DNA from: Octopus sinensis | Lineage: Eukaryota | Assembly: GCF_006345805.1 (NCBI RefSeq) | Contig: NC_042998.1 | Span: 183,396,001 to 183,460,000 of the forward strand | Direction: 5' to 3' | Length of the DNA stretch: 64,000 bases | Shown here: positions 38,706 through 52,800 of the stretch, piece by piece | How positions within the stretch are numbered: the first letter of the stretch is position 1 | Layout of the letters: every line of letters begins with the position of its first letter | Program-made: the position numbers and the translations under genes | Notes under the pieces: generated by a model | Databases searched by the model: none | What the model saw: only the letters and a program-made list of their open reading frames with translations | What the model was told of the DNA's origin: nothing

Positions 38706-41700
38706 TCATTATCATCTCTATTTTAACATCAGCTTTTCTATGTTTGTATGGCATAAGCATGACTTTGTGGTTTAGAAGGTTGCTCCCCAACCATTTGGTC
38801 TCAGGTTCAAGTTCTGCTATGGACAAGTGTCTTCTATATATGTACATGTGCGTACCCTTGTCTTGACATTATGTGATGGTTATAAATGAGCATTCCTCTC
38901 GTACAAGCAATGTTGTTTGTTTCCAGTCTTCTGTAAAAAGAATGTCTGACCATGAGGAAATATTAACTTGTTTAGAAACAGTTGAAGGTTGTTGACAACA
39001 AGAGCATCCAGCTCCCTCAACAAATTCCATCTGACCCAAACAAGCATGGAAAATTTGACATTGTGATGATGATTTTGTGTGTAGCACACATAGAATATGC
39101 ATGTAGGTATAGATACATGTACGTATATATAGATACATACATATGTGGGGTCGGCTATGTGTGTTCTGTAATACTTGTTTACTTTATAACAATTTTTCAA
39201 TAATTTTTGTATTTTTTTTTTTATTCATATCAGGTACATTCCAGTTCCTGGTAGCTGTTAAGTCTTATCACTCACATTGTTTTATAATAGTATTGAAATA
39301 TTTCATCAATCTTTTCTTTCTGTTTGTTTTTCAGTGAGCTGAAATTGATCTCTAAATATTGTCATATCCATTGTTAGTCTTTGTTATACAGTTGTCAGTT
39401 ACCAAGATAATTACTTATATGGATGTTTAGAGACACAGTCCATGTATATTTTTCTACCACTATAGATTTTAGGTTTCTGTTATCCGACCATGACATTATC
39501 AAACTATTCTATCAACTTTTTGCTTGATGGGAGACTACAAAACAATCTGTTGTAACTAACACTATGTGTAAAGCCAACATATTGATGCTGTTGATGCTAA
39601 ACTGACTTGTGTTGCATTAGCTGGTTCAGTTCACTTCACATTTAGTGGACCATTTATTTATTTAATAACCTTAGAATCCAAATCTAATAAAATTGATTTA
39701 CTCCCTCTTAAAAATTTAAGTAGCTAGTAATTTAGTTTAATCTAACCCAGTTAAAATACATGTTGATCATGGTGGGTGCAAGTATGATTTATGTCAAAAT
39801 TATTTCTTAAACAATCTGGAAACAAATTGTTTCCCACTTCTCAGTTAACTTCGTTGTTCCAAGTGGGTCTCATTGATAACTGAATTACCTGTGAACAGAT
39901 TGAGTGTTCCTGGACATGAAAATTTTTCATCATAACTTTCTTTTTTTAATTCCATCTCTTAAATGATAGAATATTTTAGGTTAAATTGTATTGAAATATA
40001 TCATTTAGTAAATTGAAAGCTTCCATGTGTAATTATATCTTGCTTTTTTTTTTGTTTTGTTATTAAAACATTACTTCCATCACTTGGATTTGAAAACCAG
40101 AAAATAATACTTATTTCTTTCTACCAATTATTATCTAATTATATATATATATTTAATGAAACTTGTCTTCATGTTCATTAAAATGGTTAATGAGAAATAA
40201 GATATGTTTATCTTGTTAGACAATTTTCTAACTGTAAAACACGATGCTGCTTTTTCTATGGTGTGAAATGTATTTTATGGATACTGTGCTCATTTATCTT
40301 TTAAGGCTACATTTTCGTGGTGTTCTTTATTATTAATCCTTTTAGACTATGATTAGTTAAAAATTTTAAGCTGATATATTGATATTCATTTCCTTTTACT
40401 AATATGTCTATGGTGGAGCGATATTCTTATTTCCTTTTCTTGGTTGTTTTGTATATGGTCACTCCATTTATGTTTTTATTTAGCTTCCCAGTAAGTTCCT
40501 TTCAGTATTTAGTGAAGTTCTTTGCATCTTCCCTTCCTAGTTCTTAGAAATTTGTAAGCATCTAAGCTTATCTCACTCTCTCGTACCTTATTCTTTTTTT
40601 TCAAGTTTCTTCATTTATATTAACATTCTGGTCTATCATATTAAGGGAATCGTAAAACTTTGTTATTGGAAATAGCTGAATGAATTTTAATAACATCAAT
40701 TGAGCATATGAGATTATCAATCTGAAGATGGTTTTATTTTCTATGCAATAAGACATACCATTAGTTACAGATTATAGCCAATTTAGTGAATGTTCTTAGT
40801 TAACATTATAAATTCATCACAGGCTCAACAGTTAAGTCTTCAATATAATAGTTGCCAAGTGCATATAACTCTTTAGATGGAAATCAAAGATAAAATGCTA
40901 GCAGTTATGGAATAATCTTCAGGATTAATAAATCCATTCTTAAACATAGTTAATTATTTGACTCATTCTCTATTCTGCACACTGAGAACCATTCTTCTAC
41001 ACTACCCTGCATTTGGTGGCTTTTCCTGAGCTAATAACTTTTGTAGATTACAAACGAGTATGTTGAGATAAAACTGTAAATACAGATTTATATGAAAAGA
41101 ATCAGTTTTAAGCATGTCAGCCCGTTCTTTGCAGATTTTGTATTTCTAATCAGATATCATTTATCTAGGTTCAATACCAATAATGTTTTGATGCTCAACA
41201 CAAAGTTCAGATCTGATTAGATTTTATTTTTCACCCCTTGAATCTATAATTGTTGTTCTATCAATATTCCTTTGATGAAATCTGGCAGAGATCTTCAAAA
41301 TTATACTTTGAATGCATTTCAGTAATTTTAATTATTTGATTTCTTTTTTTAGATTTTAGTTATGCAGTTAACTGTAGCAAAAAAAATATATTTGTCTACT
41401 TTAGTGCTATAGTTGGAATTAAGTGTTAAGCTGGGCACTTGGGATTCTGATTTTAACTATTTTCTTTTGATCTGAAGGAAGTGGCTGTGCCTATTGCCCT
41501 TCTAGATTTTCTGAGCCCAATAAGATTGAGACATTGAATGAGGATTGTTGGGAAAACATGGGCAGGGAGGGAATTTCAGAAGGTTCACATTTCTAGGAAG
41601 GACTGGGGTCAGTGGTTAGTGTAGGCTTGGGGAGTGGTGTGACAATATGGGTAATGAGGAGAGACGAGTCAACAATACCAGAGCAGAAGTGACATGAGAC

Positions 41701-44700
41701 CAAGAAGTTCTGAATAGTAGAATCCACTGTAGTAGCTACAGAAAGGGCAACAATATTTGTGTCAGAAGTTGGGCTGCATTGTGAACAACTTAGGAACTAA
41801 TCAATCTGATGGACTTACTTTGGATGCAATCTAGGATGTTTCTATATATATAGCAGCAACAATGTTATAGATGTATGGGCAGTACTCTTTTGTTGGGTTG
41901 CTTTGAACTTTATAGAGGGCTCATAGTTGTTTGGAGCTGAAATATTTCACTAAAGAGATAAAAATGAAAGCAAGGACTTTGTCGAACAACTTTATAAAAT
42001 TTAATATTGTTTCAGCATTTAATAATTAACAGAAGGTGCTAGCTGGTTTATTGTTTTGGTTGGATGTTATTTCTTCGTTATATATTTCAAAACAATATAT
42101 ATTGAATTTAGGTTTCCTTTTGGACTTGAACCGTACACTCTGTATATAGCCAGGTGCTGACTTGTAACTTTGTACATGGCAAAGAATGCGGGGAAGTGGA
42201 TAGTTGATTGAATTCTTTATCAACTCCATAGCATTGAAGTTCAATGTTGATTACTGTAGGATTTAATGTTCAAACTCATAACAGTTATTCTCTCTTATGT
42301 TTCATACAAGTTTATTTGTATTATTTTATCTAATGAATTTGAGTTAGTCTCAGTACTATTTTTTATCTTTCAGGCAACACACACTCACACATGCATTCAC
42401 TGTGATCCTGTGCTGAGAAAATTTTCAATTCTTTTTTCTTTTCTCTTTTTTTTTTTCCTTTTCAAATCTCCAAGCATTTTCTGTTTTTTTTTTTTTTTCT
42501 TCTTTTTTTCTTTTAAATCTTTTTTAGTGAAATGTGTATGTCGAATACCCGTTGCCTTCACCTCCAGCCATAGCAGATTTTGAATATACATTTATGTTGG
42601 TCCTTCTCAACTCTTTTCAATGCTTGTCAATAGGTTTCAAAGCACGCTGACTTTCAATGCTATTCTTCATTAAGACATTCATAAAAATAGCTTGCTTGTG
42701 CAGGTTTTATGTTTTTACAAACCGTAAACTATCTTAGGTCATGACTGACCAGAGCTACATAAGCTGTCTTGAACTGTATTATTTTATAATTACTATAATG
42801 AGAAAAAAAAATGCCATAAGAGATAATTAGTGAAATTTCTCCCAACTATGCGTATAACAAAATAAATCCCCCCTCCAATTTTAAACAGGTAATTTTTGTT
42901 AAATTGATAACTGTACTTAGTTTTGAATATTATATTTACTTTTATTTTAAAATTCTAAATTATTTCTGAAATTTAGAAAGTATCTATCCAGTTTTTTGGA
43001 TGTGGTATCTTTGAAAGAAAGCTTCACTGGATGTAATAAAAAATCTGCTTCGGTACCTTCAGGAAGCTGGTGGAGTTTAGTAGTATTGTAGCTTGTGTTG
43101 TGGATATGCACTTTGGGTGGGTGGGGACTATGAAATATTAAGCTAATAATAGTGATGTGAAATCTAGTATAGAAAATGTGATAAAAATTAGGGAATTGTG
43201 TCAAAGGATAACCTTTTCTGCTGTAATGAATATTCTCAAACCAGATATAATTAAAGGTAGCTTAGTTGCTGTATTGAGGCCTTTGGGATTTAATTTATGG
43301 AATGATGAAATAAAGTATTGAACTAGATAAAGTCTAATAATCACAAATAAGAAATGTGTAATTGATGAAGTTGTTGGGAGATTTTATTCTGAAAGATAGT
43401 AACATATAGTAGAAATCTTTTGCACATTTTAAAGACCACTCTAATATTCACAGCAAGTTTTCGCAGAAAATTACGTATTAAACATTTGAAGTGACTGAAA
43501 GAAGGCAATGATTTATGCATGAGTGACACTATGGAAATATAACAAACCACCTATATAAACTGCTATCTAAATGGTTAGATAACTTTAACCCTTTAACTGT
43601 GAAATTACAGTTCATGGTTATTCCATTAATGATGATATCTACCCCAAAATAGAAGTGGTATTTTGTGTAAGTCAATGTGGCCTCAATAAACTTAACATAT
43701 CTCAACAAAATTAGTTTCAAACATGATATCTCAACAAAAGATAGACTAGGGTATAAAATTGCTTTCTGCAGTTAAAGGTAACAAAATTTTGAGTGGATAT
43801 ATCATATAGCTGCAGTAAAAGGGTTAATGCTAATTTTGATTAGTTAATGAGAATAACTGAAATGTGATCAGCTTGAGTGGGTGGGTAAGTCTTGAAGATT
43901 CCTTTGAATATTGTAGATAGGGCTCATCTTGACAAATAGCTAAAGCTACTATATATATATATTTTATTACTATGGGAGATAAAAGAGAGAGCAGTTTGAA
44001 ATAGTGTATAATCTATATTCTGATAAGCTAAGATTAGATTTGGTAGTTTACCTTTGAGACAAGTATATGCTCTCTACTTTATGGTAAATGAGAGCAAAGT
44101 TTGGTAGACATAGAATTTCAATTAAAATAGGCACAAACGTGACTGTGTATTTAGCTTCTACACTGTGTGATTTTGGTTTTGAGCCCACTTTGTGACATCT
44201 TGGCTTGACCAATTCTTGTCAGTAAAATTTAGTAGATGGAATCTGTATGTAAGATCATGTGTGTTTGTGTGTATAGATGTGTGTGTTTCTCTGGATTTTT
44301 TTCTTTTTCAGCATTCAAGTTGGCTACTGACAAAGAATCAAGACTCTTAAGACAGCCCTTGGTGTTTGAGGATATGTGACTTAGTGTGTCTGTGTGTGTA
44401 TGTATATATGTAGGTGCAAGGGTGATTATATATATATATAAACATGTATATAAATGTGTGTATGTCATTTAATGTTGGTTTTCCATCCTCGCCTGAGTTG
44501 GATGGTTCAACAGGATCTGACAAGTTGGAGGACTGCATCATGTTCCAATTAGTGCTTTGGCAGATATTGGAGCATGAAAGCTGGATGACCTTAATGCTAA
44601 TCACTTTATAGAATGTACTGGGTGCTTTTTTGTGGCATTTGTACTAGTTTGCCTTGTATCTTGCAAGACTAAGAGCCTAAAGTGCTCTCTGTAACTAAGG

Positions 44701-47700
44701 GATAATTAATGAGAAAGGTACAATGATTATGGGCAGGATATTGAGGGAAGGTAAAATAAGAAAAAGAATAGCTTTGTAGTTAAGGTAGTAGCAGAGTAGA
44801 CAAATTGAGAAGCTTAGCAGGGAAATGGAAGGGATCACTATTAGGAATAACTGAGAAAGTAGAGAGACAATGGGAAGTTGATAGGGTAAGTTGTGTAGGG
44901 GTGGTCTACAGTTGTTCTTCATTATAATGCTGAGTATGGGTAGAAGGTGTGAGAAAAAGGACAAGAAGGGAGAACTAGACTAAGGTGGCAAGGAATCCCG
45001 AGTCATTGAAGCAAAGTGAGGTTTGATCAGAGTGGATATTTAGAGGAGCAACTTGTGGATGCAATGAGGGAAAGAGAGGCTGGAGTCTATCACAAAGAAA
45101 GGGGAAGAACATGAATTCAGAGAAAGCATCTTAGATTGTAGTGAGAGAGAGGATTATGTGGAGCAGTGAATGAAAAAAGAGGTCATTCCAGTGGTGCAAG
45201 GGTAAAAGGTATTGGGTGCAATGAAGATAACCAAGAAGGATATGTGATGGTTAGTAGTGTAACAAAAATATAACATGAGATGGGACGGGGAGGCTATGAG
45301 TGATGAATAGGCTGGTCATGGAGAGTTTGGGCATGAGGATTCGAATTAAGAAAAGAATGGTTACTTGTGTGTTAAGGTGCATTTTGTCATTGGAGGGTGG
45401 GTTTTTGTAGTGCTGCATATTGCCTGTTAGTATGGTCCTTTGTCATTTCCTCTGAAATGCAGCATCTTTAGGTAACCATCACCACTTTGCCCTAAGTCTT
45501 TCTTGGTCTCCTTCCACAAGTTTCACTAATTTTGAGAGTTCAGTACTTTTGTATGCAGCTGTCCTCCTCCACTCTCTTCATATACCTGTACTTTTGCAAC
45601 TCGCTCTCTTGCACATTACACCCGTTTCCTCTTATACCCAGTTAACCTCTTAGTTCATTTGTAGTCTGGCGTTCATGCACATTAATATTATGGATCCATT
45701 GGAACATGCAGGCTTCATTTATTTCTAGTCTTTGCAAATCTTCTGCATTTGAAGCTCATGTCTTGCTACTATGCAACATTACAATTTTAGCAGAAGATTC
45801 ATACAATCTGCCCTTTACTCTGAAAAAAAAAAATCATTGTTGTTAGTGGTAATAGCTCCTTGAACTTTTCCCAGTCTGTTGTTATCCTGATTAGTATACT
45901 TTCTGAGCAACTATCTTCCTTGTTAATTATTTCTATTAGGTGTATTGCTCTAGTGCATCTGTCACATGAAGTTCATCTCTGTTAGTCTGCCTGTATTTTC
46001 ACTTCATGCCTTGTGTGTCCATAAGCTTACATTAGACACAGCATCTGATGTCTATATCTACTTTGTGGCATATGAAGCAAAGCCATTTCTCTGATGATAC
46101 TGTTTCTTACTTGCTAACATCTTAATCTATTCTAAGTTTACTTTGAGGCTAGGCGTAGCTTCCATTCTGGGAGTTTCTTCTAATTCCACTATAGATTTAG
46201 CTATGAGAACTAAATCATAAGCATTTAGGATTTCTCATGGTCAGTAGCTTTTAAGCTTCTCTGTGACTATGATGAATACGAGAGGAGTGCCTTGATGACC
46301 CTACCTTCAGGCAAAATTCCAATTACTGTATTGTTATATTTAGCATGTACAGCACTAACAAACTATTTATCTCCTTGTTTTCTTGGTAACTACCAGATTA
46401 GTGTCAAAGGCCTTCTCTGAGTTGAATGCCAGGAATAGTGGTTTGCTTTTAGCCAAGTATTTCTCTTGCAGTTGTCTAAATTGGAGCATTGCAAACATAG
46501 TACCTCTGCTTGGCATGAAGCCAAACTGCACTTAATTTAGATTCACGCTGTGATCCAATAATTAGATTCTTCTATTTTGTCTCTATGGCATCTCTTTTAC
46601 CTCGATAGCAGTTTAGAATTATACTTCTATGACAGTTTTGTATTGTTTAATTATTCCTGATGGTCATGCGTATCCTATCTCCAATATTTTTGAGCATCTC
46701 TGCAACTATTCCTAATAATCCAGTAGCTTTCTTTGACTTCATGTTAGTCATTTTATCTACTAAATTGCTGTTCTCTATAGGATCATCATGAGGTAGTCTG
46801 CACCTTTTTAACCCTTGCATTTCCCACATTCAGCAGTCTCTAATAATAGCATTTTCATACCACTTGTTTTCCTTCCACAGCAGTGGCTGGTATACCTTCA
46901 TCATTTTGGTTATACCTCTCCCCAATAGCATCTTTGTTTTCTCTAACATGCAAATCTCTTCCTTTCTGCTTCATCGTTAGCCAAGTGCACCAGTTGCATA
47001 TCTGTCTTGCTTGCTGCCTGATAATGCACTCTGCTGCTACCTTCCTTCTAGGTTTTTCAGGCCTTTCTCTTTGCCGTTACACTACTATCAAACAGGTTAT
47101 TCTGCCTTCCCATTATATTCGGTTTGGTTGGGACTTTGCACCAGGCATATGTTTCATCTGTAGCCATAAGCAGGTTTTATGTATGCATGTAGGGTTCCTA
47201 ATGTACATCTTGTCTTATCCTTCTATTTCTCCCTTACACCTTCTTACCTCCTCATCAAGACCTGCATCCACCCCACTAATGAATTTATTCAAGATCCTAG
47301 TTGCTGATAACTGGCATGGTTCAGGGATTCCAGGTTAGCTGGTGTTCCTATTCATACTGCCAGAAACTAAACATGTTTACCATTATTATGGTGTTTTTAG
47401 GATAATGGATATTCTCTCATTTTTTTTTGTCATAACAACATTTTGTGGAAGCATGAAGCTGTGTATGTGGGTTCAGTCCCACTGCGTGGGACCTTGGGCA
47501 AATGTCTTCTACTATAGCCTTGGGCCGACCAATGCCTTGTGAGTGGATTTGGTAGACGGAAACTGAAAGAAACCCGTCGTATATATGTATGTGTGTGTGT
47601 CTGTGCTTGTCCTCCCAACATCGCTTGACAACCGATGGTGGTGTTTTTATGTCCCCGTAATTTAGCGGTTTGGTAAAAGAGACCGATAGAATAAGTACTA

Positions 47701-49770
47701 GGCTTATAAAGAATAAGTCCTGGGGTCGATTTGCTCGACTAAAGGCGGTACTCCAGCATGGCTACAGTCAAATGACTGAAACAAGTACAAGAGTATATAT
47801 ATATATATATACGCATGCGCGCGCACATATATCTATATGTATGTGTATAGTGTATATATGTACGTATATATATATATATATATGTGTATATACCTATGTG
47901 TGTATATATATGTATATACATGTATGTGTATATGTATATATGCATATATGTATGTATATATTTATAAGTATATATATCTGTATATGTATGTATTTATGTG
48001 TGTATATATATGTTTGTATGTATTTATATATGTATATGTATTTATATCTATATGTATGTGTGTATACATGTGAATGTGTGTATATATACATGTAAATGTA
48101 TGTGTATGTATATAAATATATGTATGTGTATATAAATATACACGTGTATCTTGCATATGTGTGTATGTATATAGGTATGTGTATATATATATATATACAC
48201 ATATGTGTGTATATATATATGTGTGTATATATATATATGGCTGTATGGGAAGAAGCTTGCCTCTCAAGCACATGGTTCCGTGTTCAGTCTCGATGCATGG
48301 TGCTTTGGGCAAGTGTCTTGTAGTATAGCCTCGGGTTGACCAAAGCCTTGTTGGTGGATTTGGTAGACTGAAGCTGGTAGGAACCCATCATATATGTGTG
48401 TGTATGTATTTGTGTGTCTGTGTTTCCCCCCTCAGCATCGCTTGACAAGTGATGTTGGTGTTTTTATGTCCCCGTACTTAGTGTTTTGGCAAAAGAGACT
48501 GATAGAATAAGTACTAGGCTTACAAAGAATATGTCCTGGGATTGAATTGTTCGACTAAAGGTTGTACTTCAAGTGACTGAGACAAGTCGAAGAATCAAAG
48601 AATATATATCTTTGTATGTATCTGTGTGCGCGTGTAGACTCATGACTGGACCTGTGCTGGTGGCACATAAAAAGCACCATTTGATAATGGTCGATGTCAG
48701 TGTCAGCTGACTGGATTGGTGCCTGGCTCGCCAGCCCCCTGTCAAACCGTCCAACTCATGCCAGCATGGAAAGCGGATGTTAAATGATGATGATACATAC
48801 ATGTGTGTGTATATCTTTTACTGGTTTTAGCCCAAGGCTGAGGTCTTGCAGCTGCACCACCTGTAGATGTTCAGTATTGTTTTGGGGGAAGTAGTGAGTT
48901 AGGCGGAGCTGCTCTTTACATATCTTGCTGCAGTATATATATATATGTATATATACATCCGTATATGTGTATATATATATATATATATATGCATATGTGT
49001 GTGTATGTATATATATATATATATATGCATATGTGTGTTTATGTATATATGTATGTGTGTTTATGTATATATGTATGTGTGTATATATATATATATGCAT
49101 ATGTGTGTATATATATATATATATGCATATATGTGTGTGTGTATGTATGTATATATATATATATATATATATATAAGTTCAGCAAAATTTAGATTCAGAT
49201 GAATATGGTACTTAAGTCAAAGGCACCAGAATTTTGTATGGTATTATCCATATAAATCAATGGGGTGATTATAAGCAACAAGTATATCCGAGATAGAGTG
49301 GTACAATTGTTTCATGCTACTTCATTTTATTAAACACTGTAAGTATTACATCAGTTTTAAAATGTCGAGCAATCTTCAGCTACTTATAGAAATTTTCTAA
49401 TCAAACGGACAATGCACATTGTTATCTCTATATCATTTGCCAACATTATAAAGAGGGTAGATATGAGTCAGAGAGTAAATTTACTACTATCATGTTCTTA
49501 AGAATGAAATCAACCTCTCTGTCTATATATCTACCCTCTTTATAATGTTGGCAAATGAAATAGAGATAAGAATGTGCATTGTCCGTTTGATTGGAAAATT
49601 TCTTTAAGTGGCTGAAGATTGCCCAGCATTTTAAAACTGATGTAATACTTACAGTGTTTAATAAAATGAAGTAGCATGAAACAATTGTACCACTCTACCT
49701 CGGATATACTTGTTGCTTATTTTGATTATTTACATATATATGCAAATATAAGAATGTCTGTGTATGAATG

Positions 49771-49801
<31 letters not shown>

Positions 49802-52800
49802 TATATATAAGTTCAGCAAAATTTAGATTCAGATGAATATGGTACTTAAGTCAAAGGCACCAGAATTTTGTATGGTATTATCCATATAAATCAATGGGGT
49901 GATTATAAGCAACAAGTATATCCGAGATAGAGTGGTACAATTGTTTCATGCTACTTCATTTTATTAAACACTGTAAGTATTACATCAGTTTTAAAATGTC
50001 GAGCAATCTTCAGCTACTTATAGAAATTTTCTAATCAAACGGACAATGCACATTGTTATCTCTATATCATTTGCCAACATTATAAAGAGGGTAGATATGA
50101 GTCAGAGAGTAAATTTACTACTATCATGTTCTTAAGAATGAAATCAACCTCTCTGTCTATATATCTACCCTCTTTATAATGTTGGCAAATGAAATAGAGA
50201 TAAGAATGTGCATTGTCCGTTTGATTGGAAAATTTCTTTAAGTGGCTGAAGATTGCCCAGCATTTTAAAACTGATGTAATACTTACAGTGTTTAATAAAA
50301 TGAAGTAGCATGAAACAATTGTACCACTCTACCTCGGATATACTTGTTGCTTATTTTGATTATTTACATATATATATGCAAATATAAGAATGTCTGTGTA
50401 TGAATGTATATATATATAAAACAAAACAAAACAATGTATGTATGTGTATAAAAAATGATATAGAAATAACATTGTTTTAAACAATTTTCTATTGTTTCTT
50501 CAAAAATGTGATAAGTTAGAAGATATTTTTAGAATTATTTGCCTCAGTGATAAAAGTTTTTCCTATATAAATGGAAGATCACTTAAAGTTATACATACTC
50601 GTAATATTTACATCTCTTGATTTTAACAAATTGTAATTCATCCAGCAGCAAAATGTGGTTTGGAAAGAAAAGGAATTTATTACTTGATGGAAGACCAGTT
50701 TCATGCCGTCCTATTTGATTGAAAAATTATCAGCTCTTCCATATGTAGAAAACTTAATGAAAGATAAATTATCAAGCAAATTTATCTAAAGTGTTCCAGG
50801 CAACTAGTTATAGAAAATACTTTATTATTGACAAGTAGGGTTGGGTCTTTCCTTAATCATGAACTTGGATTTTGTTTTAGCTTTTAAACTTTCCTTCATA
50901 AGTATGTTATCTTATAATCTATGTGGCTCAACTAATACATAGTATGGGGATTGTTTAACAAGCTGTAAATTTATTTTATTTGAAGAATTATACAGAACTT
51001 ATTGTAAAGAACAATTCTTTACTTTTCCTTGTATATCAAAAGCATTTTCTAATTACTTTTTGCACATTGAATCTTCTTGACTTTTATCCCAACTGTTTTA
51101 TAACAGTTGCTGATAACATCTCCGTCCAACCCGTGCTAGCACGGAAAACGGATGTTAAACAATGATGATTATCATCATTTCCTTTCTGTTCAGTACATTC
51201 GCACATTTAGTGACCCAACATTCATTAACAAAAAAAAAATCTTTGTTGCTGAAATACTAGAATTAATTCTCATATCAACTTTAAAGTAACATTAATACTG
51301 TTTTTTGATTAGCATCCTTCATTCTGTTCAACTACAGAGTAGATTAGTGTTTAATATTATACCCATAAAAGCATTAAATTCCCTAACACTGGCTTTATTG
51401 ATACATGTAAAGAAATCTGAAGTCAAAAGTGTAGTAATAGAAATTAATAATAAACATATTGTGTATATATAGGTAATATATGTATGTATAAATGTACGTA
51501 CGTATATGTAATGCTATTTACTGAAAATTCTAAAAGTTATGGAATAAGAATAACATGGAATATAATTTGTTAGGACTGCAGAATACTTATTGAATGAAAA
51601 TAATATTTGCCTTGAAGGAAAATGCTTTGCTTTTTATAAACTGCATATTCATATGGAACTTTCAGTTCATAAATAAAATTGTATAATCCTATTAGATTTT
51701 GTTTTTGTAAACAATGCTAACTCCATGAAATCAATTAACTATATCCTGTTTGTTTATGGGCCCCCTTTAAAAAGTTTTGATAGTGAAATATTGCTAGGTT
51801 GTTTATATCCTTCCTGATTTCAGTCTTCAGTTCAGGCACACCAAATTTAGGATATTTAAACCTGTTTTATGTTCAGACTGGCCAGATCTGGTCTCTCACA
51901 CCAACCCTACAATATCGTTTTAAAAAGTAACAGCTACCTCATCAAAATCTCATAGCACCAATATAATGCCTGATTAGTTCAAGGCAATGTGGATAAAAAA
52001 GGATTAATTTTGGCAGAATAATGCAAACACTAAAGGGTTAATTTTGTATCTAGTTTTTGGTGATATTGGAAGATTAATTCATCAAATTTCCAATTCCCTG
52101 AAGTTTATAACCTATCTAACTCATTAAAGACATTAGATGCCCTCCCTCCCACTTTTTTCCAAATAATTGGGAGTTATTTCACTTTAATGTCACTTATACC
52201 AATAATAATATCCTAATCTTCTAAACATTAAGTTAAAAAAAAAAAACCCAACAAAATGTAAGTTATAATTTGTCAGAGGAGCAGTGTTTCATGAGAATAC
52301 CATTTATTTTAGTATAAAACATTAAGCACATTTTCCAACCTGCTCCCAAATTTTTAACTCTTTCAGTAATTTTTGCCTGATCTAGAATATTCCAAGGACA
52401 GTGTCACTATTAAATGATATATTTTAGCCAATCTAGAAAGCATCTGCGTTTATTCTCTTTATGTTGTTCTTAAATGCTATTTTTCTCTCTTTTTTTGTGT
52501 TTTTATATATCAGTAAGAAGTTCAATATTGCTCGTGCCACCCTTACGGCCAGCTGTTTTATGGGGCTTTTGGTGAGACTACAGTGGCCAAAATTAGGGCC
52601 AAACTGGAGGCAATCAGTCGATCGGTGCTTGTGATGTGGTAATCCTTATTTCACATGAATATATTGTAAATTGTTTGATTCCTAAATACTGACAGCCTAT
52701 ATCTACTGGTGCACATCATTGATATTTTCTCTCTACGACTCTTGATTAGTAATCACTGAAACTTTTAAAGCAATATTAGTCTGGATGATCTAATATTCTT

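Noticed and set aside
47670-49202. Many overlapping 70-140 aa ORFs rich in Y/I/M/C/H/T (also 22668-22946 and 38630-38866)
   Set aside because: They are translations of TA/TG microsatellites, which lack stop codons.
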